Shown here: one piece after another, positions 7,538-17,306 of the stretch | Layout: the number at the start of each line of letters is the position of its first letter | Position numbering within the stretch: position 1 is the stretch's first letter | Assembly (NCBI GenBank): GCA_035693225.1 | Contig: DASSGV010000029.1 | Location: 1,284-65,283, forward strand | Source: Gemmatimonadales bacterium | GTDB lineage: Bacteria; Gemmatimonadota; Gemmatimonadetes; Gemmatimonadales; GWC2-71-9 | Direction of reading: 5' to 3' | DNA: 64,000 bases | Made by a program: the position numbers and the translations under genes | The notes under the pieces: model-generated | Databases searched by the model: none | Told to the model about the DNA's origin: nothing | The model's input: only the letters and a program-made list of their open reading frames with translations

Positions 7538-10293
7538 GGGGCCCGACGCTGGCGGCGTTGGCCGTGGCGTGCCTTGCCGCCCCGCTGATGGCGCAGAGCA
7601 ACGGCGCCATCGCCGGCAAGGTCCACGACGCCGTCACCGGACGGCCGTTGATCGGCGCGATGGTGCGGCTGACGGGCGGTGCCACCGTTCGCACCGACAC
7701 CGGCGGCAACTTCCGGATCCGGGAGGTGCATCCGGGATGGTGGACCGTCAGTGTGGCGCAGATCGGATTCACCCCCGTCACCCGGGACAGCCTCCGGGTA
7801 CACCCCGGGGAGGTGCTGCGCCTGGAGGTCGCGATGTCGTCGGTCGCCATCCGGGTCGCGGACATCGGGATCACCGTGGACCACGACCTCCTCCTCGACC
7901 CCCTGGCGCCCGCCGCCACCCAGCGCATCACCGCCGCCGACCTCCACAACCTCCCGGTCAGCTCGCTCGACGACGCCCTGGCGGTCTCCGCCGGCGCCGT
8001 GGGACAGAGCTACCGGGGCGGCCGGGTCGGCGAGCAGTCGTTCGTCCTCGATGGCGTCGGGTTCAAGAACCAGCTGGACGCCTCCACCGGCGGATTCGGT
8101 GTCCGGCTCCCGCCCGATCTCCTCACCGAGGCGTCGCTCGTCACCAACGGATTCTCGGCCCGATACGGTCAGGCCATCTCCGGCCTGGTGAATGTCGTCA
8201 CCCGCGATGGGGGCGATCATTGGGAAGGCCGCACTGCGTACGAGACCGATCGCCCCTTCGGGAACGGCTGGGACCACGGCCTTGACCGCGCGGTGGTGAG
8301 CGCCGATGGTCCGCTCGGTGGCGGGGTCCGCATCCTTGGCGTGCTCGACCTGACCGGCCGGCTCGACGCCGATCCCGTGAATGCACCGGCGCCCACCGAC
8401 CCCCGGGACGCCCGGTCCCAAAGCCCGGTGCTGCCCGACAACAGCGGCGAGCAGTACGATGCCGCCGTCAAGCTCGCGGTGCCGATCGCCGGCGCGCCAC
8501 TGCGGATACTCCTGGTGCATTCACTGGAGCAGCGCCGGCTCTTCGACCCGGCGTTCAAGTACGATCCGAACGAATCACCCGCCCAGCGGGTCGCCGGGAC
8601 CCTGTTCAGCGCCCAGATGCAGCGAAGCTTCGGATCCGGGGTCGATCCACTCCTCCTCGACCTCCGGTTCGGGTACTTCGACCGGGACTTCCTCCGCGGC
8701 ACACCCACCGCACCCACGGACTATGCCTTCGGCGGCTTCACCGGGCGGCCCGTCCACGTGATCGGCGAGGATCTCGCGCGGCGCCAGGACACCGTCGACG
8801 CGATGGGTCCGATCGCCGGGATGGTCGGCCCGCAGCTCACCGACCAGTCGCCCTACGGGGTCCCCGCATTCTTCCTGGGCGGCGGATCCCGCGGCGACCT
8901 CGCGTGGAATCACTACCGGGAGGCCCGCCTCCAGGCCGATTTCACCGCGGGTGACGGAGCCAACGTCGACTACTACTTCGGCGGCGAAGCCTCCTTCCAG
9001 CGGGTCCAGACCTTCCAGCGCGCCCTCGGTTACCTGCCGGTCGGCGACAGCGTGCCGAAACCGACCGCCGCCGACTTCTCACCCCTCGCCGTCGCGGCCT
9101 ACACCGAGGTGCAGGCACGAATGCAGGACCTGGCACTCACCGCCGGCCTCCGCTACGACCTTTTCGACGCCCGGACCTCCGATGCCACCCAGTCCCGCGG
9201 GTCCCACGGGTCGCTCAACCCGCGCCTGGCGGTGTCCACGGTGCTCCACGGCGCAACGTTCGTCGCCAGTTGGGGCCGGTTCAGCCAAGCGCCCGACTAC
9301 CAATACCTCGTCGACGCGGCGTTCGATGACACCACCCGCACCGGGCGCTTCCGGGTGGGGAACCCCGACCTCGGCTTCGAGCAGGCCACCCAGTACGAGT
9401 TCAGCGTGCGATCGCGCCCATCGGACAAGGTGACCCTCAAGGTCGGCGTCTACGTCAAGCGGCTCGACAAGCTGGTGGCATCGGTCCCGTTCGGGCTCGA
9501 CCCCGACTCGACGGTCTTCGGGAACCTGGACCACGGCAGTGTGCGGGGCCTGGAGATCATCGCCGAGCGGGAGGTCGTGAACGGGCTCCGCCTCCGGGGA
9601 TCCTACACCCTGCAACAGGCCACGGCCTCGGGATCGGATGCGTTCCGGCTTCGCACGCTCTTTCTCGATCCGGTCACCGGCGACACGATGCGTCCGGCGA
9701 GTGACGAGTTCCCGCTCGATTATGACCGCCGCCACACTTTCACCGGCATCGTGGAGTACCACTCCCCCGACGTGGCCGGCCCGAAGCTGCTCGGCGGCTC
9801 CTTGTTCGGCGGCGTGAGTGCGGCGGCGATCCTCAGCTTCCGATCGGGCCTTCCGTTCTCGCGGTACAGCCCCACCGGTGACACCCTCGTCGGTCCGCCC
9901 AACAGCTATCGCCTCCCCGACCAGACCAACGTGGATCTCCTGGTCCGGAAGGCGTTCACGCTCCTGGGCCGCGAGGGCAGCGTGTACTTCGACGCGCGCA
10001 ACCTCTTGAACACCCAGGTCGTCATCGCCGTCAATCGCACCACCGGGAGCGCGTACGTGTCGGACGCCACCATCACCCAGATGGCGACGGCGGCCTATGA
10101 CGCAAACCCCGAGGCGATCCCGTACGAGTCGCCCCGCTACCGGTCGTGGGCCGACCTCAACCACGATGGCCTGATCTCGGGTCCCGCGGAGCTGGTGCCG
10201 CTCTACCTCGAGGCGGCGCGCGACTACACCCGTCCACTCTTCGCCTTCGGGCCACCACGGCTTGTCCGCCTTGGCGTGGAGTTGCGCTTCTAG
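7534..10293 (+). CDS. TonB-dependent outer-membrane receptor with N-terminal carboxypeptidase-regulatory-like domain
   Basis: Signal peptide from GTG 7534 (GTGA overlap with the upstream stop); GKVHDAVTGRPL..A.V domain, plug region, C-terminal barrel ending in F. Confidence 0.85.
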   Translation: MRGPTLAALAVACLAAPLMAQSNGAIAGKVHDAVTGRPLIGAMVRLTGGATVRTDTGGNFRIREVHPGWWTVSVAQIGFTPVTRDSLRVHPGEVLRLEVAMSSVAIRVADIGITVDHDLLLDPLAPAATQRITAADLHNLPVSSLDDALAVSAGAVGQSYRGGRVGEQSFVLDGVGFKNQLDASTGGFGVRLPPDLLTEASLVTNGFSARYGQAISGLVNVVTRDGGDHWEGRTAYETDRPFGNGWDHGLDRAVVSADGPLGGGVRILGVLDLTGRLDADPVNAPAPTDPRDARSQSPVLPDNSGEQYDAAVKLAVPIAGAPLRILLVHSLEQRRLFDPAFKYDPNESPAQRVAGTLFSAQMQRSFGSGVDPLLLDLRFGYFDRDFLRGTPTAPTDYAFGGFTGRPVHVIGEDLARRQDTVDAMGPIAGMVGPQLTDQSPYGVPAFFLGGGSRGDLAWNHYREARLQADFTAGDGANVDYYFGGEASFQRVQTFQRALGYLPVGDSVPKPTAADFSPLAVAAYTEVQARMQDLALTAGLRYDLFDARTSDATQSRGSHGSLNPRLAVSTVLHGATFVASWGRFSQAPDYQYLVDAAFDDTTRTGRFRVGNPDLGFEQATQYEFSVRSRPSDKVTLKVGVYVKRLDKLVASVPFGLDPDSTVFGNLDHGSVRGLEIIAEREVVNGLRLRGSYTLQQATASGSDAFRLRTLFLDPVTGDTMRPASDEFPLDYDRRHTFTGIVEYHSPDVAGPKLLGGSLFGGVSAAAILSFRSGLPFSRYSPTGDTLVGPPNSYRLPDQTNVDLLVRKAFTLLGREGSVYFDARNLLNTQVVIAVNRTTGSAYVSDATITQMATAAYDANPEAIPYESPRYRSWADLNHDGLISGPAELVPLYLEAARDYTRPLFAFGPPRLVRLGVELRF

Positions 10294-10337
10294 CGGTCGC
10301 TCGCCAGCGCCCGGACCGCGCGGTACATTGCCGCCGT

Positions 10338-11762
10338 ATGCGCGCCCGCGGTATCCCCTACCTCCTGCAGGTCCTCGGTGTCGGTCTCGCCTACGCGGTA
10401 GGCGCCCGCCTGGGGCAGTTCACGGCCATCCCACCCGGAAATGTGAGCGCACTGTGGGCATCGGCGGGCATCTCGGTCGCAGCACTCGCCCTGCTCGGCC
10501 TGCGGGTGTGGCCCGGCGTCTGGCTCGGGGCGTTCACCTACAACTTCGCGTTCTTCCACAACGGCGTGGCCATCGACCCGTCCGCCGTGCTGGGCATCTC
10601 GGTCGGGATCGCCACCAGCGGCACGGTGATGGCCGTCGCGGGGCGGTACATCGTCCAGCTCGTCCAGGGACCGGTGCCGGCCGTCGATTCTCCCCGCGAT
10701 GCCCTGCTCTGGATCTTCGGCGCGGGCTTCCTCGCCGCCGCCATCAGCGCATCGGCGGGTACCGGTATCCTGTCGATCGGCCAACTTCTCCCACTCCCCG
10801 CACCGGTGGTGTGGCGCACCTGGTGGCTGGGCGATGCGACCGGTGTGGCGCTCGTGGCACCACTGGCGGTCCTCTGGGCCAGGCACGGCGCACTCCACTT
10901 CCGCCCCGGCCAGGAGACCGAGACCCTCCTGGCCGCACTCGCCTTTGCGGTGATCTGCTTCGCGGTGTTCGGCACGGTCGCACCTGAGGCGGCCACTCCC
11001 TACCTCCTCGCGGTGCCGCTGCTCTTCCTCGGCTACGCCGCCGTCCGGTTCGGACGTCGCATCACCGCCTGCACGGCGCTGGCGCTGGCCATCGTGGCCA
11101 GCGTCGCGACCGCATCCGGACGCGGGCCATTGCGTGCCGCCGAATACCCCGGATCGCTGCTCGCCCTGCAGGCGTTCCTGGTCGTCGCCGCCACCCTCGG
11201 CCTTACCCTCGCCTGTGCCGCCGCCCGGCGTCGCACCACGATGGATCGGCCCGTGCTCACGGACCCTGATCCGGCGACCGCCTTCCCCGTCACGCCACTC
11301 AGCGCATTTCGGCGCGTACCGGACGCCACCGCCGGTGATCACGGCCGGACGGCCGCACCCGCGCCGCTCCCGGGATCGGGGCCCGCAGCCGCCCTCGACG
11401 CCGTGCTCGCGGCACTCCCCGAGCCGGTGTATGTGCTCGCCCGGGACTCGCTCTCGGTGTCGCGGTGCAATATCGCGTTCGCCCGGGCCCTGGGGCACGC
11501 CGATCGTTCCACCGTCGAAGGGCGGTCCATCTTCGACATCTTCCCGCCCGATCTGGCGCTCCTCGCGGCGGACGAGTCTCGGCGTGTGTTCCGTACCGAA
11601 GAGGCCCGTGAGAGCCGGGAAGAGTGGCCCGGCGATGCAGCCGGCCTCGGCGCCTTTGATGTCAGCCGCACGCCGCTCTACGATGCCGATGGCGTGGTCA
11701 ACGCGCTCCTCGCCAGGGCCCGTCCGGCGACGCCACCTCCGGCCCGACGCCCCGGAACGTGA
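10338..11762 (+). CDS. MASE1-PAS membrane sensor without recognisable output domain
   Basis: LAYAVGARLGQFTAIPPGNVSALWASAG is a MASE1-type N-terminus, followed by about 8 TM segments and a C-terminal PAS-like region. Confidence 0.7.
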   Translation: MRARGIPYLLQVLGVGLAYAVGARLGQFTAIPPGNVSALWASAGISVAALALLGLRVWPGVWLGAFTYNFAFFHNGVAIDPSAVLGISVGIATSGTVMAVAGRYIVQLVQGPVPAVDSPRDALLWIFGAGFLAAAISASAGTGILSIGQLLPLPAPVVWRTWWLGDATGVALVAPLAVLWARHGALHFRPGQETETLLAALAFAVICFAVFGTVAPEAATPYLLAVPLLFLGYAAVRFGRRITACTALALAIVASVATASGRGPLRAAEYPGSLLALQAFLVVAATLGLTLACAAARRRTTMDRPVLTDPDPATAFPVTPLSAFRRVPDATAGDHGRTAAPAPLPGSGPAAALDAVLAALPEPVYVLARDSLSVSRCNIAFARALGHADRSTVEGRSIFDIFPPDLALLAADESRRVFRTEEARESREEWPGDAAGLGAFDVSRTPLYDADGVVNALLARARPATPPPARRPGT

Positions 11763-11795
11763 CGAGGGGGCGGCGCATCGGCGCCGCCCCCTCGT
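11762..11795. terminator. Bidirectional hairpin terminator between convergent genes
   Basis: Perfect 15-bp stem ACGAGGGGGCGGCGC / GCGCCGCCCCCTCGT with a 4-nt loop. Confidence 0.7.
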
Positions 11796-11816
11796 GGCCG
11801 ACGCCCTGGGCGGCCG

Positions 11817-13331
11817 TCAGGCGCGCGCGAGCATCCGCCGGATCGGGACCACCAGCAGGAACATCACGATCGCCGGGATGATGCAGAACGCCGCGACCGC
11901 TCCGAAGAGCTGCGGCACCGTGAGCGAACCATAGAGCCGCGTCACGTTCCCCGCGATCAGGTTCCCGAGCGACGTGCCCAGGAACCAGACCCCCATGATC
12001 ATCCCCTTGACCCGGTCGGGGGCGAGCTTGGTCATCGAACTCAGTCCCACCGGGCTCAGGCACAGCTCGCCGATGGTATGGAGCAGATAGGTCACCACCA
12101 GCCACATCGGGCTCACGAGCACCCCCCCGGCCGAGGCGCGCGCCGCGAACATCATCACCACGAAGCCGAGGCCGGCGAACAGGAGGCCGAACCCGAACTT
12201 GGTGGGGCTCGACGGGTCCCGCGAACCGAGCCGGATCCAGATCCACGCAAAGACCGGCGCCAGCGCGATGATGAAGAGGGAGTTGACCGACTGGAGCCAG
12301 GTGGACGGGAAGGTCCAGCCGAGGATGCTGTTCCGGGTGTTCTGGAGGGCGAACAGGTTGAGGGTCGACGGCGCCTGTTCGAATGCGGCCCAGAAGATGG
12401 ACGAGGCCAGGAAGAGCACCAGGACCACGACCAGCCGCTTGCGCTCGTCGCGGGTCCAGCCCCGCATCGAGAAGAGCCAGACGAAGAACGCCACCACCAG
12501 GAAGCCGAAAAGATAGGGGAACTTCTTCGCCACGTCTTCCGCCGTCCACGTCCCCGACTGCGCCAGGAGCACGAGTCCGGCCAGGGCCACCACGGCCACC
12601 ACCACGCTGATCCGCGCGAGGCGCCACGCCGAGCGCCCTTCGGGGGAATCCGTCGCTACGCTGGGCTGGACTCCCGCGGTGCCGAGGTACTTCCACCCCA
12701 GACGGAACTGGATGACACCCGCCAGCATCCCCAGGGCTCCCACGCCAAACCCCCAGTGCCAGGCGTTGAGAGGGTTGAGGCCCCACGACAGGAGGAGCGT
12801 GCGGAACCCCGGGGCCTGGGCCAGGCCGCCCACGATCAGCGGCGCGATCGTGGCGCCGAGGTTGATCCCCATGTAGAAGACCGAGAACCCGGCATCGCGG
12901 CGAACGTCCTTCGCCGGATAGAGCTCACCGACGATCACGCTCACGTTCGGCTTGAGGAGACCGGTCCCGAGGATGATCAGCCCGAGTCCGGGAAAGAGGA
13001 ATCCGGCGCCGGGAATGGCCAGCGTGAGCTGACCCAGCATGATGAGGATCCCGCCGTACAGAACCGCACGACGAAGGCCGATCAGCTTGTCCGCGACCCA
13101 CCCACCGGGGAGCGAAAGCATGTACACCAGCGCGGCGTACATCCCGTAGATGGCCCCCGCCTTGCCCACACTCCACCCCAGGCCTCCGCCGGTGACGGCG
13201 GCGGTCATGTACAGGATCACGACCGCCCGAAGCCCGTAGAAAGAGAAGCGCTCCCACATCTCGGTCCCGAAGAGGGTCGCCAGTCCCCGGGGATGGCCGA
13301 AGAAGGCGGTGTCGGACGAGGATTGCGGCAC
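11817..13331 (-). CDS. Proton-dependent oligopeptide transporter (POT/PTR2 family, DtpT-like)
   Basis: FFGHPRGLATLFGTEMWERFSFYGLRA signature and about 14 TM segments. Confidence 0.9.
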   Translation of the reverse strand: MPQSSSDTAFFGHPRGLATLFGTEMWERFSFYGLRAVVILYMTAAVTGGGLGWSVGKAGAIYGMYAALVYMLSLPGGWVADKLIGLRRAVLYGGILIMLGQLTLAIPGAGFLFPGLGLIILGTGLLKPNVSVIVGELYPAKDVRRDAGFSVFYMGINLGATIAPLIVGGLAQAPGFRTLLLSWGLNPLNAWHWGFGVGALGMLAGVIQFRLGWKYLGTAGVQPSVATDSPEGRSAWRLARISVVVAVVALAGLVLLAQSGTWTAEDVAKKFPYLFGFLVVAFFVWLFSMRGWTRDERKRLVVVLVLFLASSIFWAAFEQAPSTLNLFALQNTRNSILGWTFPSTWLQSVNSLFIIALAPVFAWIWIRLGSRDPSSPTKFGFGLLFAGLGFVVMMFAARASAGGVLVSPMWLVVTYLLHTIGELCLSPVGLSSMTKLAPDRVKGMIMGVWFLGTSLGNLIAGNVTRLYGSLTVPQLFGAVAAFCIIPAIVMFLLVVPIRRMLARA

Positions 13332-13423
13332 GCAGGACTCCTGAGTGGATGGTGAGCAGTGCGCGGTCTGCGGCGTCCGGATGCGGCCGTGGACGTTCCG
13401 GCCGACCCTTCGTCATTCAGCGC

Positions 13424-14005
13424 CTACCGAGGATCTTTTCCGAGCTTCTTCTTGAGAGCCTGCAATTGGAGATCGGCCGCCTGGTCCCGTGCGGCCCGAT
13501 CGGCCTGGTGCTGCAGCAATTCGTGGTCGAGGTCCAGCTCGGGACGGGTCCCGCCGGCAGCCTCGACGTCGCGCCACGCCGCGTTGACGCTGGGGGCCAT
13601 CCCCGAATCACCGAGGCCGCGGCGGGCCTCCTGGAACCGCGCCGTGAGCGCCCCACCCTCGCGCTCCGCCAGCACGATCTCATCTCCCTGCACGGCGAGC
13701 TTCCGTTCCAGCACCGCCACCCGTTCCCGGTGGCGCTCGGCGAACTCTCCCGCCACCCGGACCGTCTCCGGATCGGGGATCTCCGCCGCGAGGGCCCCAC
13801 GGCGTTCCGCATCGGCCAGCTGCCGGCGCTCGACCGCAAGCTCACCCTCGGTGGCCTGGCGGGCCCGGCGCAGGTCGTCCAGACCGACCTTCCACTCCAG
13901 CAGCGCCTCCCGCAGCGCGGCCGCAGTCTCGCGCGGTGTCTGTGGCACGGTGGCTCCGTCGATCATCCGGTCGAGCCGGTCGCGGAGACGCGCGAAGAAT
14001 CCCAC
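13424..14005 (-). CDS. PspA/IM30-like coiled-coil protein
   Basis: FFARLRDRLDRMID N-terminus, long charged heptad-like helices, high GC3; GTG 14005 preferred over the longer ORF. Confidence 0.55.
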   Translation of the reverse strand: MGFFARLRDRLDRMIDGATVPQTPRETAAALREALLEWKVGLDDLRRARQATEGELAVERRQLADAERRGALAAEIPDPETVRVAGEFAERHRERVAVLERKLAVQGDEIVLAEREGGALTARFQEARRGLGDSGMAPSVNAAWRDVEAAGGTRPELDLDHELLQHQADRAARDQAADLQLQALKKKLGKDPR

Positions 14006-14110
14006 GGATGCGCCCGGGAAATGGGGGTGAAGGTGAGCCGACCAAATGTCATTCCGCCGAAGCCGGCGCGTCAAGCGCCGGTGGGCCCGAGGGTCTCCGG
14101 GACGGTTATC

Positions 14111-14617
14111 TTGCACGGAGCGTCACTCACCGGGGGTCCCTTGCGCCGCGCACTCCTCCTGCTGGTCGTTCTCGCGGGATGCGCGCACCCCGCCGGGGGC
14201 GGCGTGACCTGCGGACTCGCTGCCGTCTTCGGCCCCCTGGCCATCCTGGGTGAATTCTCCACCCCGGGCCAGACCCTCGCCACCCCTCCCGCCGCCCTCC
14301 CCGGCAAGCTCCCCGTGCGACTGGTCGCCGGCCCGGCACTCCCTGCGGTGGTCGGACGGGACCACGCCAAGTGGCTCATCGGCGTCATCGGCGCCCCGCC
14401 GCCGAAGTTCCGGGCCGGGTACGGGGTGCTCGTCGAGGACACCACCCTGCAGGCACTCGGCATCGTGGTGTACGAAGGTGAGGTCGTCCGCGGTGCCCCG
14501 GTCATCGGTTCGGTGATCCTCGCCGATTCGACAGTGCCCTTGATCGGTGTGTCGCTCCTTCCGTCCCGGGTCGAGGACGCCCACTGCCCGATCTTCCCGG
14601 ACTCGACGCTCCAGTGA
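14111..14617 (+). CDS. Small lipoprotein, unknown function
   Basis: LLLLVVLAGC lipobox after a TTG start; the stop overlaps the next ATG (ATGA). The 5' part of ORF 13349..14617 is antisense to the PspA-like gene and is not used. Confidence 0.55.
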   Translation: MHGASLTGGPLRRALLLLVVLAGCAHPAGGGVTCGLAAVFGPLAILGEFSTPGQTLATPPAALPGKLPVRLVAGPALPAVVGRDHAKWLIGVIGAPPPKFRAGYGVLVEDTTLQALGIVVYEGEVVRGAPVIGSVILADSTVPLIGVSLLPSRVEDAHCPIFPDSTLQ

Positions 14618-15351
14618 TGCCACGCATCGGGATCACCGGCCTCGAGCGTGAGGTCGACGCCCGGCGCCGGACGGGAGTGGACTCCGCCTACCTGGCCGCC
14701 GTCATCGGCGCCGGCGCCGTGCCGGTCATCCTGCCACCGATGATCTCCCCTGCGGTGGCCGACACCCTTGCCGCCGCACTCGACGGCGTGCTCCTGTCCG
14801 GTGGCGCCGACATCGACCCGGCACGGTATGGTGCGGCGCCCCATCCGAAACTCGGTGCCATCGAGCCCGACCGGGACGCCTTCGATCTTGCCATCATCGC
14901 CGCCGCCCGGGCCCGCGGCCTCCCGGTGCTCGCGATCTGCCGCGGCATGCAGGCGGTGAACGTGGCGCTGGGCGGCACGCTCTGGCAGGACCTCCCTTCC
15001 GAGCACGCCAGTGAGGTGCCCCACAACCCGAAGGCGGCCCGCACGGCACGGGTCCATTCGGTGGCGCTGACGCCCGGCAGCGTCATCGCGCAGGCGATGA
15101 ATGTGGAGCGCTGCGATGTCAATTCATTCCATCATCAGGGCGTCCGGGTGCTCGCTCCCGGGCTCGTCGCTTCGGGGATCGCGCCCGACGGTCTCATCGA
15201 GGCGTTCGAGGCCATCGGCGGACCCTGGTTGGTGGGGGTCCAATGGCACCCGGAGGCGTTCCACGCCGACGCCGATGCGCCCGATCTCGGGCTCTTCCAC
15301 GCCTTCGTCCGCGCGACCGATCGTTCGCCTGCGGGGATCCGCGGTGGCTGA
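14614..15351 (+). CDS. Class-I glutamine amidotransferase / peptidase C26 (gamma-glutamyl-GABA hydrolase family)
   Basis: LAICRGMQAVNVALGG (nucleophile elbow) and VQWHPE motifs. Confidence 0.85.
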   Translation: MMPRIGITGLEREVDARRRTGVDSAYLAAVIGAGAVPVILPPMISPAVADTLAAALDGVLLSGGADIDPARYGAAPHPKLGAIEPDRDAFDLAIIAAARARGLPVLAICRGMQAVNVALGGTLWQDLPSEHASEVPHNPKAARTARVHSVALTPGSVIAQAMNVERCDVNSFHHQGVRVLAPGLVASGIAPDGLIEAFEAIGGPWLVGVQWHPEAFHADADAPDLGLFHAFVRATDRSPAGIRGG

Positions 15352-17236
15352 GCCGCTGCACGTCGCAGCCGAGTTCGCCCGCGAGCTCGCCGGGATCGCC
15401 GATGCGCCCACCGTGGTGGCCCGGCTCGCGGCCCGACTGCACGCCACCTTTGCCCCGACGGCCTGCGCCGTGGCGCTGACCCGCGACGACTACGAAGCGG
15501 GAGTGCCGCTCCACGCCGAACCCCCGACCGGCCCGCGCTACCGGGAGCTCCTCACCCTCGCGCTCCGTCGCGGCAGCCAACACACCACAGGGACCGAGGC
15601 GGAAGACCGGCTCGGGCTCCCGCCCGGCTCGGCCCCGGCCCCCGACCTGCTCATCGTCCCGATCGCCACCCCCGGCGACCGGCTCGGCGCCCTGCTGCTG
15701 GGTGGTGCGCCGGCACGCTGGACACCGATCGATCTGGCGCTCGCCGAGACCCTCGCCGCCCAGGCAGGTGCCGCACTCGCCGGCATCGGACGGATCCCCG
15801 CCGCAGAGGCGTGGGAACGAGTCGCCGATGCGCTCTCGATCGCGCTCTGCATCGTGGACCGGCGCGGGCGGGTCAAGGGCGCCAACCGGGCGTTCGCGCG
15901 CCTGATGCGCAGCACCCCGGCGGAACTTCCCGGCTGGCCGTGGCTGAGCCTGGTCCCCCCCGGATGGGCGATCTCGCTCCGCGAACTGTTCGATGAGGCC
16001 AACGATGGACACCGCGAGGCCGAACTGAAGGCCTCGGGGCGCACCCTGCTCGCCACCGCGTTCCCGCTCCCCGGCGGCACCAGTGGCGAGTACGTCCTCG
16101 TGCTGGACGACCAGACCGAGCGTCGCCGCCTGCAGGACCAGCTGGTCCAATCGGAAAAGCTCTCCGCCATCGGCCAGCTGATCGCCGGCGTGGCGCACGA
16201 GCTCAACAATCCGCTCACGTCGGTCGTCGGGTTCGCGGATTTCCTCGCGGAGGCCGAGGACGTGCCTGCCGGGCTCCGGGAGCCGTTGTCGATCATCCAG
16301 CAGGAGGCCACCCGGGCGTCGACGCTGGTGAAGAACCTCCTGCGCTTTGCCCGGCGCCACGAACCCGAGCGCCGCCGCCAGCCATTGCGGCCGATCGTCG
16401 AAGGGACGCTGGCGCTGCTGCGAGCCCAGTTCATCGCCAGCGGGATCGACATCCACGTGACCAGTGAGCCCGGCATTCCCGACGTCAACGTGGACGCCCC
16501 CCGGGTCCAGCAGGTCTTCCTCAACCTGGTCAACAACGCCGCCCAGGCGATCCTCGCCGCCGGCAGACCCGGCACCGTCACCATCCGGCTCAGGCCCTGG
16601 CTCGACGGTGCCGCGGTCGACGTGCGCGACGACGGCCCCGGAATGGCCCCCGAGGTCGCCGCCCAGGCGTTCGAACCCTTCTTCAGCACCAAGCCGGAAG
16701 GTCAGGGCACCGGGCTCGGCCTCGCCATCAGCCAGGGGATCGCGAAGGAGCACGGCGGGCGGATCTCGCTCACCACGGCACCCGGCGCAGGCGCCACATT
16801 CACCGTCGAGTTCCCCGGCGACGGCCACCCGGCGATCGAGGATTCCGCGGAGACCGCGATCCCCACCCTGGGGCCCCGCCGGATCCTGGTGATCGACGAC
16901 GAACCCCACATCCTTCACTATATGCGGGCGACCCTCGAGTCGTGGGGCCACCAGGTCGACACCGCACCGGATGGCGCCCGCGGGCTCGAGCAGGCCCGCA
17001 CCACCGAACCGGACCTCATCATCACCGACCTCCGGATGCCACGGATGAGCGGCCGGGAGTTCTTCGAGTCGCTCGCGGTGGTACGGCCCGACCTGGCGAC
17101 GCGGGTCGCGTTCAGCACCGGCGACACCATTCGCGGCGATACCCTTGCCTTCCTGGAGCGCCAGGGACGGCCGGTGCTCCACAAGCCCTTCCGCCTCGCG
17201 GAACTGCGCCGGCTCATCGGCGTCGACGCGACCTGA
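15344..17236 (+). CDS. Hybrid sensor histidine kinase (GAF/PAS - HisKA - HATPase - REC)
   Basis: H-box HELNNPLTSV, N-box NLVNNAAQA, DDGPGM, GTGLGLAIS, and a C-terminal receiver (ILVIDDE...DLIITDLRMP). GTG 15344 overlaps the upstream gene by 8 nt. Confidence 0.9.
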   Translation: MAEPLHVAAEFARELAGIADAPTVVARLAARLHATFAPTACAVALTRDDYEAGVPLHAEPPTGPRYRELLTLALRRGSQHTTGTEAEDRLGLPPGSAPAPDLLIVPIATPGDRLGALLLGGAPARWTPIDLALAETLAAQAGAALAGIGRIPAAEAWERVADALSIALCIVDRRGRVKGANRAFARLMRSTPAELPGWPWLSLVPPGWAISLRELFDEANDGHREAELKASGRTLLATAFPLPGGTSGEYVLVLDDQTERRRLQDQLVQSEKLSAIGQLIAGVAHELNNPLTSVVGFADFLAEAEDVPAGLREPLSIIQQEATRASTLVKNLLRFARRHEPERRRQPLRPIVEGTLALLRAQFIASGIDIHVTSEPGIPDVNVDAPRVQQVFLNLVNNAAQAILAAGRPGTVTIRLRPWLDGAAVDVRDDGPGMAPEVAAQAFEPFFSTKPEGQGTGLGLAISQGIAKEHGGRISLTTAPGAGATFTVEFPGDGHPAIEDSAETAIPTLGPRRILVIDDEPHILHYMRATLESWGHQVDTAPDGARGLEQARTTEPDLIITDLRMPRMSGREFFESLAVVRPDLATRVAFSTGDTIRGDTLAFLERQGRPVLHKPFRLAELRRLIGVDAT

Positions 17237-17306
17237 CCGGAACGGACCAGTTGGCCCGCGGCCCGTTCACGATGTATCGTTCCTCAAGCCAACAGCCGGA
17301 ATCGCA

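Noticed and set aside
13349-14110. 5' part of + ORF 13349..14617
   Set aside because: It is antisense to the PspA-like gene, which has better coding statistics and a recognisable N-terminus. Only the lipoprotein part from TTG 14111 is kept.
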